From Candidatus Zhuqueibacterota bacterium (GTDB taxonomy: Bacteria > Zhuqueibacterota > Zhuqueibacteria > Residuimicrobiales > Krinioviventaceae), in contig JAFGKD010000071.1 of NCBI GenBank assembly GCA_016928775.1, forward strand, positions 84,164 through 148,163: 64,000 nucleotides of DNA, given 5' to 3'. The position numbers were made by a program, and so were the translations under genes. Within the stretch, counting starts at the first letter, position 1, and every line of letters starts with the position of its first letter. The notes under the pieces are model-generated. The model did not search any database and was not told the origin of the DNA. It saw only the letters and a program-made list of their open reading frames with translations. Shown one piece after another: positions 1 to 10,059 of the stretch.

Positions 1-1601
1 GCGTGTGGAATCGTATCAGACAACAGATTGCCCGATAAATCGATTCTCTCAAGGTTTGTTATGGCCCCGATATCAGCTGGCAGCGGCCCCTCCAAATTAT
101 TATTCTGCAATTGAATCGCGACCACGCGCCCATGCCCCACGGTAATGCCGTGCCAGTGCGATAGTGGTTCGGTAGTGAGCCAATTCTCGGCGTTAAACCA
201 TTGTGAGCCATTTGTGCTGTAGTACAGTTCAACGAGGGCCAGGGAATCCTGATCGATGCCGAATCCTCTTATCGCCACTTCCATCGATCTGCTGCACAAA
301 ATTAACGCCGGCGCTTCGGGATTTGTTACTTGGCAATTATATCTTCCAGCATCATTCTCACCAGCAGAGGTGATCGTGTAACTGTCATTCGTGGCACCGG
401 GAATGTTTTGGCCGTTTTTCAGCCATTGATAGTCATTATTTTCGCCACCAACTGAAACGGAGAGGGTGAAATTTGCGCCCGGATCAATTTTATAGGCCCG
501 TTTTTCTCCCACACTATCTTGTGGTGCATATAAAAAATTGGCAATGGACATGTTGGGCACAATATCTTCAAAAGTCAGCTTGTTATTTTGCAGGTACAGT
601 TCATTTAATGTGCTGATGGAGGTGACATTGGGGAAATCATCAAGAGTGTTGTGGTCAATTTTAAATACCTTGAGTTTTGTCAAATTTGTTATTCGTGCTG
701 GAACCGCGCCAGTCAATTGATTTCTGAACAAATATAAATATTCCAGATTGGTCAGATGAGTGATCTCGTCGGGCAGATTCTGCTCAAAACGATTGCTATG
801 AAGCCACAATTGTGTCAAATTTGTGAGCTGTCCAATTTCGCGAGGAATGGCACCAGTCAAATTGTTTTGATATAACCGAAGGTTCGTCAGGTGAGTCAGG
901 TTACCAATCTCAGCCGGAATGCTGTCCGTCAAACGATTCGCGGCCAGGCTGAGCGATGTTAATTTTAGCAAATTACCTATTTCAGCAGGTATCGTTCCAT
1001 CAAGCTGGTTGATATCCAAATTTAGTCTTTCCAGTTTGGATAAATTGCCAATTTCAGAGGGAATGACGCCGGTCAGTTCATTATGTCCCAAATCAAGCTC
1101 GGCCAGATTTTGTAACTGACCAATTTCCGGCGGTATTTCTCCGGAAATATCATTCCCTGATAAGAATAATCTCTCCAAATTTACAAGGTGGCGTATTGTA
1201 ACAGGAATAGAACCATTGATGGCGTTGCTGAACAATTCCAGGGTTTTTAAATTTGTCAGATTCCCTATTTCAGCCGGAATGGAGCCGGTCAGCTTTTCAT
1301 TGTTCGTTATGTTGATTTGCGTTATTCTTGATAAATTGCCAATATCGGGAGGCAGGATTCCATTCAGGTTGTTTGTCTGGAGATAAATCCGATGTACATG
1401 TCCATCCAATACGTCAATGCCGTACCACGTTGAGACCTCGCCGGCAAGCCAATTCTCATGATGACTCCAATTGGCGCCGTTCGTGCTGTTGTACAAGGCG
1501 ACGAGCGCGAGAGAATCTTCTACCGCTACTGCTGCCTGCAGAACTTGAAGCAAGAATAAACAAAAGATCACTGTTTGCCATGTTTTTTTGACAATATTCA
1601 T
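1..1601 (-). CDS. Leucine-rich repeat (plant LRR-RLK-like, LRRNT + ~24-residue LRRs) secreted protein; 3' end runs off the window
   Basis: Reverse-complement translation from ATG at 1601 (GGAGGG RBS 7 nt upstream) gives a signal peptide followed by LALVALYNSTNGANWSHHENW (LRRNT-type cap), then repeated LxxLxxLxLxxNxLxGxIPxEIGNL units. An Ig-like stretch (YKIDPGANFTLSVSV...DAGRYNCQVTN) is followed by a second LRRNT and further LRRs. It is not in the ORF track because it is partial. Confidence 0.8.
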   Translation of the reverse strand, partial: MNIVKKTWQTVIFCLFLLQVLQAAVAVEDSLALVALYNSTNGANWSHHENWLAGEVSTWYGIDVLDGHVHRIYLQTNNLNGILPPDIGNLSRITQINITNNEKLTGSIPAEIGNLTNLKTLELFSNAINGSIPVTIRHLVNLERLFLSGNDISGEIPPEIGQLQNLAELDLGHNELTGVIPSEIGNLSKLERLNLDINQLDGTIPAEIGNLLKLTSLSLAANRLTDSIPAEIGNLTHLTNLRLYQNNLTGAIPREIGQLTNLTQLWLHSNRFEQNLPDEITHLTNLEYLYLFRNQLTGAVPARITNLTKLKVFKIDHNTLDDFPNVTSISTLNELYLQNNKLTFEDIVPNMSIANFLYAPQDSVGEKRAYKIDPGANFTLSVSVGGENNDYQWLKNGQNIPGATNDSYTITSAGENDAGRYNCQVTNPEAPALILCSRSMEVAIRGFGIDQDSLALVELYYSTNGSQWFNAENWLTTEPLSHWHGITVGHGRVVAIQLQNNNLEGPLPADIGAITNLERIDLSGNLLSDTIPH

Positions 1602-1686
1602 CTTACCCTCCAGCAACAGAGATTCACCCCCTTGTCTTTAAAATAAACAGTTGTGTGGTGGGAAATACTCCACCCTGCCAACGGTT

Positions 1687-4600
1687 CTATTTGAGCACGG
1701 TCATCCGCTTTGTTTTCATTTCGGAACCGACAGTTAATCGATAAAAATAAAGGCCGCTGGCGATCGCTGAAGCGTCATATTTCACACTATAATTACCTGG
1801 AAACATGGTTTTGTTGACCAAAGTCATTAGTTTTCGTCCTCTGATATCATAAATGCACAGGTTCACCTGCCCGGTTTGTGGTATCGTAAAGGAGAATGTT
1901 GTTATTGCATTAAATGGATTGGGATAATTCTGCGCGAGTGACAGAACCACAGGCATTGCTGATGGGCGAACAGCACTGTCAGAGGCTAACGTGTTGGAAA
2001 AACCTGGTGTACCATATCCCAAAGAGGCTGTCCAGTTTTGTGGCAGGCTGTTATCCAGATGCGGTGCGCGCAGCGAGAGGGTCGGACCATGGCCATCCGG
2101 TTGCGCCGGCCACGGTGCGCTATTGCCAAATGCAACTGAATCAATGTTATTTCCCACATCATCAAAAAGTCGAACAATATCTTGGGAGTTCAGGCCAAAA
2201 TCAAAATCACCCAGACAATTTTTTACAGCGGGGAACATGTCTTGAAATGCAGAGATATTTCTGCACAAAACAAGATAACCATCGGCAGGAATGATCGTGC
2301 TTTTGGGGATAATAAATTTATGTGTATCATCGCTGTCAAGAAAAAGCCAGTTTGAGACATCAATGGCACTGCTATGTGGATTATAGAGCTCGATCCAGTC
2401 GTCCACATCAAATTCGACCAGGGAATTGTAATTTATCTCATTAAAGAGAATCATATTTTGATTGTTGTTTGCTTTTTCAAAATGCGCCATCACATAAGAT
2501 ACATCAGGCACGACAACGTTTATCTGTTGAGAGGGAGAGTCACCGGAGGAGAGTCCCCTCCAGTGGGAAAATCGATAGCCCGCATTCGGGAGGGCAGTGA
2601 GTTGGACTGGAATGTCGAAAAAATAGTCGCCCGACCATGGGTAGACGTCAATAAGAATGGAGTTTAGTTTGATTTTTCCACTGCCCGGTGAAGAGATATC
2701 CAGTTCAAGATAATCCCATCCCTGGAGCGAAAAATAATCACAAATTTGTCGATATATAAAAGTCGATCGACGCGAAGAAAAAGTCCGTAAAACATCAATT
2801 TGTTGTTCCCACTCGTTTTTTGACCTTAGAGAAGAATATCGTCGCCATCTCTCGATATGGCGCTCGATTTCCGGTTCAAACAGTGAACTCATTTGATCAA
2901 TTTTCGCGTTCACTCGAGAGTGATCAAAATTTGTATTTAAATAATCGGCAAATCGATTGATAAAATCATTGCTGAATTGTGTGCTTTCCAACATTTTTCG
3001 CAGCAGAAAAGTTGTATGCGGCGGATTGGGCCAATCCATATTATCTGTTTGCGTGGCGTGCGCTAATGTATTGTGTTGAAAATCGTTATTGCCGTTGGAA
3101 TTAAAAGTATAATCCAGATCATACATAAACCATCGCCATAAACCATTCGCTGTTCTGGGGCGCCAACACTTGTTGTTGTTTCCCGGCCAGTCATAATTGG
3201 CACAATAAATTTGTGTGACGCAATAATCTATATAATTGTCGATATCAACAACCGATTTGATATAGTCATAATGAAAAGACTGATTGATATCATTATTTTC
3301 CAGATAGTTTTCCAAATCAAGATAAGCGTGATCATCACCTTCACTGACCACAGGATAGGATCGTCGCCAATATCGGCTGATGATATCAACATTTTCTTTG
3401 TCAAAGCCAAAATGCGAAGCAATGTAATCTTCATTAAGCTTTTCACGAATATTTTGGATGCCCCAGTATTCTCCATTCAAAAACAGAATCGCCGGCCGAA
3501 AAGCTTGTCGATCCACATTTTTATCTTGAACCAGGCTTGATGCCAGCGGATCACGAAAAAAAGTTTTTTGCCAGTCTGTGCCAGCCGCACGCAATACAAA
3601 CGATTTGAATGTTCTTATATCAAGATCGGGGAAAAGCTGATAGTGCAGTTCATCCAGTCCATATTTGTCACGAATCATAATCGACAACGATTTTTGCGCA
3701 TTGGCTCGACTTCCCCAGCCAAATATTTTTATACCGGCGTTGATGCTAAAAGCTGATGTTCCATTTGGCTCAAAAAATTCGACGTGCACCGGCCGTTCCC
3801 AATCCTGCCAGTAATTCGCAATGCGATTCCCTTCATCGGCGTTGATACCCGGACTATAGATACCAATCTCATCATCCCAAAGATTGTCCGGAGGAGTGGA
3901 AATGGAAAAAACCGGCATGGTAAAATGTTCATTGATGAGATATGTCTGCGTTTTAACTTTGCTGGATACAACACTGTTTTCAAATGTTGCCGCTTTGACA
4001 ACAGTTGTTTTGCTGATGTTAATCGGCTGTGTATAGAGAAATGAATCCGGCGACGGATTTTCGCCATCCAGAGTGTAATAAATTTTTGCCGTTGATGAAG
4101 CGGCCGAAAGAACGAGAGACAAAACATTCGAATAAAATCCGGCAGCATGGGAAAAGCTCACCGTATCGTTAAAGCCGGGAAAAGGTGTCGAGGTGTTACT
4201 TTGTGCCGGCGTTGGCTGCAAAAAAGTTACCCACTGTTCCGTACCATCTGGAAATCGGCCAAGCGAAAGATCGATCGGGATGTCGCCGGTTTCGATTTTG
4301 TCGCATAGCTGCCCGTTATTATCCGTCAATAGGATTGTCTCGCCGCTTCGATCGATTTTGAAATTGGTATGCATATGGATGGCCACTTCATGCGGCTCTT
4401 TTCGATCTTTGCCCGATGCAAAAACCAGCAAATATGCTTTCGGTGCAATTGTTACATTCGGGAAAGTCCATTTATAAAGATCTGCAAGATCATCTGACAA
4501 ACCATAACCGGCTAAATTTATCGAATTTGAACCCGCATTATAAAGTTCAATCCAATCAGGATAATCACCATCGTGTGTTGATTCTCCCATCTGTTCATAC

Positions 4601-4755
4601 CACCATTGGCAATCCGGCACCGGACAATTTTGTTGATCAACATCGTATTCGTCTTCAATGCTTGAGATATTGGATGACATAATCTCATTCAACAAAATCT
4701 GCGAGAATACCGGGTACGTGAATAATAAAAGCAGTAGGAGATAATAATTCTTCAT
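1687..4755 (-). CDS. Large secreted protein with lamin-tail-like (LTD) domains, a CotH-like central domain and a T9SS C-terminal sorting domain
   Basis: 1022 aa ORF. The N-terminal signal is followed by ILLNEIMSSN and later VLFNEINYNS LTD-type motifs. The central ~300 aa resembles the CotH family. The last ~80 aa (LAQNYPNPFNAITTFSFTIP...GLYFYRLTVGSEMKTKRMTVLK) match the Por/T9SS C-terminal domain pattern. Confidence 0.6.
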   Translation of the reverse strand: MKNYYLLLLLLFTYPVFSQILLNEIMSSNISSIEDEYDVDQQNCPVPDCQWWYEQMGESTHDGDYPDWIELYNAGSNSINLAGYGLSDDLADLYKWTFPNVTIAPKAYLLVFASGKDRKEPHEVAIHMHTNFKIDRSGETILLTDNNGQLCDKIETGDIPIDLSLGRFPDGTEQWVTFLQPTPAQSNTSTPFPGFNDTVSFSHAAGFYSNVLSLVLSAASSTAKIYYTLDGENPSPDSFLYTQPINISKTTVVKAATFENSVVSSKVKTQTYLINEHFTMPVFSISTPPDNLWDDEIGIYSPGINADEGNRIANYWQDWERPVHVEFFEPNGTSAFSINAGIKIFGWGSRANAQKSLSIMIRDKYGLDELHYQLFPDLDIRTFKSFVLRAAGTDWQKTFFRDPLASSLVQDKNVDRQAFRPAILFLNGEYWGIQNIREKLNEDYIASHFGFDKENVDIISRYWRRSYPVVSEGDDHAYLDLENYLENNDINQSFHYDYIKSVVDIDNYIDYCVTQIYCANYDWPGNNNKCWRPRTANGLWRWFMYDLDYTFNSNGNNDFQHNTLAHATQTDNMDWPNPPHTTFLLRKMLESTQFSNDFINRFADYLNTNFDHSRVNAKIDQMSSLFEPEIERHIERWRRYSSLRSKNEWEQQIDVLRTFSSRRSTFIYRQICDYFSLQGWDYLELDISSPGSGKIKLNSILIDVYPWSGDYFFDIPVQLTALPNAGYRFSHWRGLSSGDSPSQQINVVVPDVSYVMAHFEKANNNQNMILFNEINYNSLVEFDVDDWIELYNPHSSAIDVSNWLFLDSDDTHKFIIPKSTIIPADGYLVLCRNISAFQDMFPAVKNCLGDFDFGLNSQDIVRLFDDVGNNIDSVAFGNSAPWPAQPDGHGPTLSLRAPHLDNSLPQNWTASLGYGTPGFSNTLASDSAVRPSAMPVVLSLAQNYPNPFNAITTFSFTIPQTGQVNLCIYDIRGRKLMTLVNKTMFPGNYSVKYDASAIASGLYFYRLTVGSEMKTKRMTVLK

Positions 4756-4955
4756 TCTATTAGCTTTTTAGGTCATTGTATTAACAGGGTGATGCTCTAT
4801 TTTTATATACAATCTCATTTGGTTAAAATCAACGGTTTTTTGCGATTACGCCAGGCTGGAAAAGTTGCAGCACCCTTTTTCCCGATAAACTGATTCTGGC
4901 TTGCTGTGTGTGTAAAGTTTATGAATAATGCAGATGAAAGCAAATAACTTTGAAA

Positions 4956-6398
4956 TCAGTATCCAACGGCAAAAACACTCTTCTCGCCTCGCACAAGCAT
5001 CACTTCCTCAGAAATCACCGGTGTCGTCATGATGCGCTCACCCATGTCATTTGTCGCTACCAATTCGTATTGTGGTCCGGCCTTGATAACAAAGACATCA
5101 CCATCTTCACTCGGCAGGAAGAGTTTCCCATCCGAAGCCACCGGTGATCCGCTGAATCCTCCACCGCGGTGCGGGATTTTTTCGCTGTAAATCTTCTGCC
5201 CGGTTTCCAGATCATAGCAGCGAAAATCACCATTATTGTTGAGGGTATAGACATACCCGCGATAGATGATCGGTGTTGGCATATACGGCCCGACTTTGGT
5301 TGCGCTCCATAAAATATCCTTGCTATTTGTTTGGCCTTCTGGCAAGGTAATATCACCCCTAACGCCGGTTTTTATGGCAAAGACCGGCGCTTCCGGTCCT
5401 CGACCACTGCAAACAATGATGATGCTGTCGGAAAAGACCGGCGTTGGTGCGGTGATCTGCGAGCTGCCTCCCAGTCGCCACAGCTCTTGCCCCGTATCTG
5501 GATAGTAACCATAAATAAAGTTGGATGAATTGGTCACAAGTTCGACTCGATCCGGCCCGTGAATGATCGTCGGTGTTCCCCAGCCGGGCAATTCATCGCG
5601 CTCGGTCTTCCAGACAAGATCACCGGAATGAATATCAAGGGCGAGGACATAGTCATCATCCGAGGTATCGGTCTGGATGAACACTTTGTTCCGGTAAATG
5701 ATCGGGGAGCTGGCGGGACCCCATTCCAGATGCGGCGCATTATAGGCACCGACATTCATGCGACCTATATTTTTTTTCCAGACAAATTCGCCATCCACAG
5801 TATAAACAAACACACCCTCGGAGCCGAAGAGCATAACCACATAACGTCCGTCTGTTGCCGGGGTGGAATTGTTATAAGTGGATTTGATATGCCGTTTATC
5901 TTGTGGCACCCCCTGGTGCACAAGCCGTTCCCATATAACATCGCCGGACTTTTTATCGAGACAGTAGAGCATCCACTGATGCGACGAGGTATCCTCCGAG
6001 GCATCACCGGCGCCGTATAAACCATGCTTGAATGTTGCATCTCCCAGACTGCTGATGGCTGACGTGACAAAGACCTTGTCTTCCCAGACAATCGGGCACG
6101 CATGCGCCAGACCCGGGATATTTGTTTGCCATTTTATATGCTCGCCGGTCACACCACTAAAGTTCAACGGCAAATTTTGTTCATCAGCCACACCGGCAGC
6201 GTAAGCGCCGCGAAATTGCGGCCAGTTGCCATCATGTTTGATGATACGAAATGGTTTAGCCTCCGGACTTTTAGCGACAGCCTCTGTTTTTTCCTGCCGT
6301 GGTGATTCCTCTTGAGTGCACGCAGAGCTCATGAGTATAGCTAGGAGTGTAAATGTAAAATAAATTTTAATATTTGTGCGATTAGAAAACCAAACCAT
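4956..6398 (-). CDS. PQQ-like beta-propeller repeat lipoprotein (BamB/PQQ-repeat family)
   Basis: 480 aa. The lipoprotein-type signal ends in SSAC. Repeated xLDxxTGxxxWxx motifs (YCLDKKSGDVIWER, LALDIHSGDLVWKTE, RCYDLETGQKIYSEK) are typical of PQQ beta-propeller repeats. Confidence 0.65.
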   Translation of the reverse strand: MVWFSNRTNIKIYFTFTLLAILMSSACTQEESPRQEKTEAVAKSPEAKPFRIIKHDGNWPQFRGAYAAGVADEQNLPLNFSGVTGEHIKWQTNIPGLAHACPIVWEDKVFVTSAISSLGDATFKHGLYGAGDASEDTSSHQWMLYCLDKKSGDVIWERLVHQGVPQDKRHIKSTYNNSTPATDGRYVVMLFGSEGVFVYTVDGEFVWKKNIGRMNVGAYNAPHLEWGPASSPIIYRNKVFIQTDTSDDDYVLALDIHSGDLVWKTERDELPGWGTPTIIHGPDRVELVTNSSNFIYGYYPDTGQELWRLGGSSQITAPTPVFSDSIIIVCSGRGPEAPVFAIKTGVRGDITLPEGQTNSKDILWSATKVGPYMPTPIIYRGYVYTLNNNGDFRCYDLETGQKIYSEKIPHRGGGFSGSPVASDGKLFLPSEDGDVFVIKAGPQYELVATNDMGERIMTTPVISEEVMLVRGEKSVFAVGY

Positions 6399-6457
6399 GG
6401 GATGTCTCCATTTTTTCTTCCGGGAAAAAGTAATTTGTCATTTCGGATCGATACGCC

Positions 6458-7918
6458 TCATGGCTCCCTTGGACTCTCCTCGGCATTCACGACCGGCAGC
6501 CATTTTTTATGGTCGGCGATCACATTTGCATGCTGCGGATCGCCGGCGAGATTGGTCCATTCCATTGGATCGTTCCGGTGATCGTACAGCTCTTCCGAGC
6601 CATCCGCATAACGAATATAGCGCCAGTCTTTCGAGCGGATGGTGTGATTGTCCTTGCCGTGGGTGGTGAGGCTCGGCTTGTCCCATGCCGCATCGGGATT
6701 TTGCAAGAGAGGAAGCAGACTGCTGCCTTGATTCTCTTTTTTCACTGGAAGGCCGGCCAAATCGAGGAGCGTCGGGTAAATATCCAGCAAATTGACCGGC
6801 GCCGAACAGCGTCCGCCGGGTTGGGTGAAACCGGGCGCGACAAACATCAGCACGTTGTGCGTCGCTTCTTCCCAAAGAGCAAACTTGCGCCAGTGCAGTT
6901 TTTCGCCGAGGTGCCAGCCGTGATCAGACCATAGAACTATGATCGTATTGTCAGCATAGATGCTGCTTTCGAGGGCCGTGATCACTCTCCCCACACAGTC
7001 GTCAACAAAATGAATGCTCGCGAGATAAGCCTGTACAGCGCGGCGCCACTGATCGTATTTTAGAACATTGGCGTGATCTTGAATTCTCGCCATTTGGCGA
7101 CCTGCATCCGGCACATCGTCAAGGTCATCTTGTTTTATATTCGGCAGCGTCACGCTGTCGAGCGCAAACTTTTCAAAATATTTTTTCGGTACATACCAGG
7201 GCAAATGGGGACGGAAAAAGCCGCAGGCGAGAAAGAATGGCTTGTTTTGTTTTTCCCCCAACTGACCAATCACCCAATCCGCCACTTTCCAGTCGCTCAT
7301 TTCTTCGGGTTCAACATCGACAATGCCCCAGTCAAAATGCGCCGTATTGGGGATACCGTTGAGCGGTCGATTTTCCGGCATCGGATCCGTCGGGCGATCG
7401 CTTTTTTCTTCAGGAAAATAATAATCCCAGGATTGCGGATCGAGGTAACGGCCGTGAAAGATTTTGCCGCTGCCCATAGTTTTATAGCCGTGGGCGCGAA
7501 AATATTGAGGCAAGGTCATACTGTTTTTCAGCACATCACTTTGCCGCCATGGCTGATTGTTATGATAGACTCCGGACGTGGATGGGCGTATGCCGGTTAA
7601 CAGGGCCGCACGCGAAGGATTGCACGCCGGTGCCGCACAATAGGCATTGGTGAACAGTACTCCCTTTGACGCCAATCGATCCAGATTCGGCGTTTGGGTA
7701 GCGGGATGGCCACCGAGACAACCGACCCAGTCGTTGAGGTCATCGATAGCGATAAATAGGATATTGGGTAAAGGTTTTTTTGAACACGCACCCAATGTCA
7801 GGCTTGAAAAAGCGGCTAGACCAATGGTGTGCAAAAAACGACGACGGCTGAGAGGTGTTTGCATCTCTTTCTCCCTAAAGTAATCGTGCAACATTGAAAA
7901 TATCTGGGCTTTATTCAA
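6458..7918 (-). CDS. Formylglycine-dependent sulfatase (S1 family), Tat signal
   Basis: SRRRFLHTIGLAAF twin-arginine motif. Sulfatase signature CAAPACNPSRAALLTG (C-x-P-x-R) plus downstream GKxHxG-type sulfatase blocks. Confidence 0.9.
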   Translation of the reverse strand: MNKAQIFSMLHDYFREKEMQTPLSRRRFLHTIGLAAFSSLTLGACSKKPLPNILFIAIDDLNDWVGCLGGHPATQTPNLDRLASKGVLFTNAYCAAPACNPSRAALLTGIRPSTSGVYHNNQPWRQSDVLKNSMTLPQYFRAHGYKTMGSGKIFHGRYLDPQSWDYYFPEEKSDRPTDPMPENRPLNGIPNTAHFDWGIVDVEPEEMSDWKVADWVIGQLGEKQNKPFFLACGFFRPHLPWYVPKKYFEKFALDSVTLPNIKQDDLDDVPDAGRQMARIQDHANVLKYDQWRRAVQAYLASIHFVDDCVGRVITALESSIYADNTIIVLWSDHGWHLGEKLHWRKFALWEEATHNVLMFVAPGFTQPGGRCSAPVNLLDIYPTLLDLAGLPVKKENQGSSLLPLLQNPDAAWDKPSLTTHGKDNHTIRSKDWRYIRYADGSEELYDHRNDPMEWTNLAGDPQHANVIADHKKWLPVVNAEESPREP

Positions 7919-9429
7919 TACCCGGCTTCATCGATCAATGTCTTTTTCCCAAGAGCTGATAATGTCACCTGGTAAACGGCGAACGAATCTGCTATCGTAT
8001 TGGTCAGCACACGCTGGACGGGTGCTAACATTTTTTGTGAATCGAAATAGTGCAGTACAGATCGGGGCATTTCGCCATCGGCAATGGCGGAAACAAACAG
8101 CAAAGTATCATCGACAACGGACATTCTTTCTTGCAAAAAAGCATAATGATTTGTCCGAGAGTTAAAATTGAGCGCCCAGGTGCGCGGCTGGTCGGTACAA
8201 TGGAACGCGAGCAGCGACGTCAGTTGATAGCTGTTGGCGCAAAGGGGCATTTTGCCGAGTGGATCATGCTGCTCACGTATTTTGTCGACCTGTCTGGCGA
8301 ATTCAGTCCAGCCACGCGAATCATAGGTCCTGTCTATGCGAGCGGAAATGGGTAAAAAAGGCAAGACCGCATGTGCGACAACAAGCGTCGTTATGGTGAT
8401 TGAAAATCCCATAGCAAAAACGGTAAAGCGTCGCACACCACTCTTTTTGCCGAGACGTTCCCAATAGCAGATCACCAGCAGCAGCCCGGAAAAATAAGCT
8501 GCTGCCGGCCAGTTCGCCTCCACCCGCGCGCTGAGACTCGACCAGGCGAAAAAAAACAACGGTAGCGAGAGAAACATTAACAGAAATAAAAATTTTTCTT
8601 TTCTGTCAAATCGATAAAAATGTATAATGGCAAAAACGAGTACAAAAAAAAGCAAAGGTGAAAACAGGCCGATTTGGCCGGCAAGATATTCAAAAAACAG
8701 GTTTATCCGCGGCCAGGAGTGCTCGCTGCGAAAGCCATGGCCGAACTGAAAGAGATACGAAGTCCACTGGTGTTGAGCGTTCCAAAGGACATTCGGTGAA
8801 AAAAACAGGATGGCGATAAAGAAAGCAGACCACGGTTTCCAGGTGAGCAGCAGTTTTCTATGTTCCTTGACAAAAATCAGAAACAAGACAAATGATCCGA
8901 TAAAAAGAACAAAGACATATTTTGATAACAATCCAAGTCCCACAACAACACCCAGCAGTGGCCAGGCGGCTGTTTTACGTTCAAATACCGCTTGATAGCC
9001 AAGCAACATTCCCAGGGCCCAAAAGAAAATACAGGCGATGTCGGGTGTGAGCAACAATCCGCCAGCGGCATAGAGGAGATTGGTGTTGACGAGAAGAAGA
9101 AAGAGGATAACCGCTGCTGTGGAGGTCACAAAACGAGCGGCCAGCACAGCAGCAACGACAGAGAACGCACTACCGACAAGCAGTGGTACGGCTTTGATGC
9201 CCCAGTAGGTATCACCGAGAAGAGATGTTGTGAGATGGACGAGCCAGGCAATCATGGGCGGATGATCGAAATAGCCCGGGGACAAAAAGCGACTCCAGCC
9301 CCAATAGTAGGCTTCATCCGGAAAGACATCCAGGCGCAAAAGAAAAAGCAGGCGCAGGAAAAAAACAATCGTAAGCGTGATAACAATCGGAATCGATCGA
9401 ATTTGACTTTTTTCACCAGGTCTCTTCAT
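7915..9429 (-). CDS. GT39/ArnT-PMT-like integral membrane glycosyltransferase
   Basis: 504 aa polytopic membrane protein. N-terminal DEAYYWGWSRFLSPGYFDHPPMIAWL is the hallmark of ArnT / dolichyl-phosphate-mannose protein mannosyltransferase-like GT-C enzymes. Confidence 0.7.
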   Translation of the reverse strand: MKRPGEKSQIRSIPIVITLTIVFFLRLLFLLRLDVFPDEAYYWGWSRFLSPGYFDHPPMIAWLVHLTTSLLGDTYWGIKAVPLLVGSAFSVVAAVLAARFVTSTAAVILFLLLVNTNLLYAAGGLLLTPDIACIFFWALGMLLGYQAVFERKTAAWPLLGVVVGLGLLSKYVFVLFIGSFVLFLIFVKEHRKLLLTWKPWSAFFIAILFFSPNVLWNAQHQWTSYLFQFGHGFRSEHSWPRINLFFEYLAGQIGLFSPLLFFVLVFAIIHFYRFDRKEKFLFLLMFLSLPLFFFAWSSLSARVEANWPAAAYFSGLLLVICYWERLGKKSGVRRFTVFAMGFSITITTLVVAHAVLPFLPISARIDRTYDSRGWTEFARQVDKIREQHDPLGKMPLCANSYQLTSLLAFHCTDQPRTWALNFNSRTNHYAFLQERMSVVDDTLLFVSAIADGEMPRSVLHYFDSQKMLAPVQRVLTNTIADSFAVYQVTLSALGKKTLIDEAGY

Positions 9430-10016
9430 GACGAAATAAAATTCACCTTCCCGCTGTGTAAATCATAGATCGCACCAACAACCATGAGGTGCCCTGCCTG
9501 CAAGAGCTGTGTCAAAACAGGCTCAGCTTTGAGTTGGTTGACCATTCGTTTTACATTAACTTTTGCCGCCAACGCGACGCGCTCCGGCATTGGCACAAGC
9601 GGATCGATGTCTTGCAGCGCGGGATCTATTTGTTGCAGCAGCCGCTGGATAACCGCCGGCTCTTTTTTTCGCTCTTCGATGGGTGCCAGCGCCGCGGTGA
9701 TCGCCCCGCACATCGTGTGACCCAGCACCACAACGAGCGGCGTGCGGACGTGCAAAGCAGCGTAGAGTAAACTGGCCAATTCGTTTGGCCCGACAACATT
9801 GCCGGCCACCCGAACGATGAACAGCGCATCAAATCCCTGATCAAAGATGTGCTCAACCGGAACGCGTGCATCACTGCATCCCAGAATCGTGGCGAACGGT
9901 GATTGTCCCTGCAGAAGTGAAGCCCGTGCATCCGGATCGATACGATAGTGGTTCGTCCCTTTTACGAAACGTTCATTGCCTTCCGTTAATTTCAACAAGG
10001 CTTGTTCAGGAGTCAT
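9426..10016 (-). CDS. Beta-class carbonic anhydrase
   Basis: CSDARVP...HTMCGAI zinc-ligand motifs of beta-CA. The start was moved to the internal ATG (MTPEQALLKL...) because the track's longer ORF would overlap the upstream methyltransferase gene. Confidence 0.8.
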   Translation of the reverse strand: MTPEQALLKLTEGNERFVKGTNHYRIDPDARASLLQGQSPFATILGCSDARVPVEHIFDQGFDALFIVRVAGNVVGPNELASLLYAALHVRTPLVVVLGHTMCGAITAALAPIEERKKEPAVIQRLLQQIDPALQDIDPLVPMPERVALAAKVNVKRMVNQLKAEPVLTQLLQAGHLMVVGAIYDLHSGKVNFISS

Positions 10017-10059
10017 AGGTAAAACCTTTTTGCGTACGAGATTATCATTCCACGATTTT

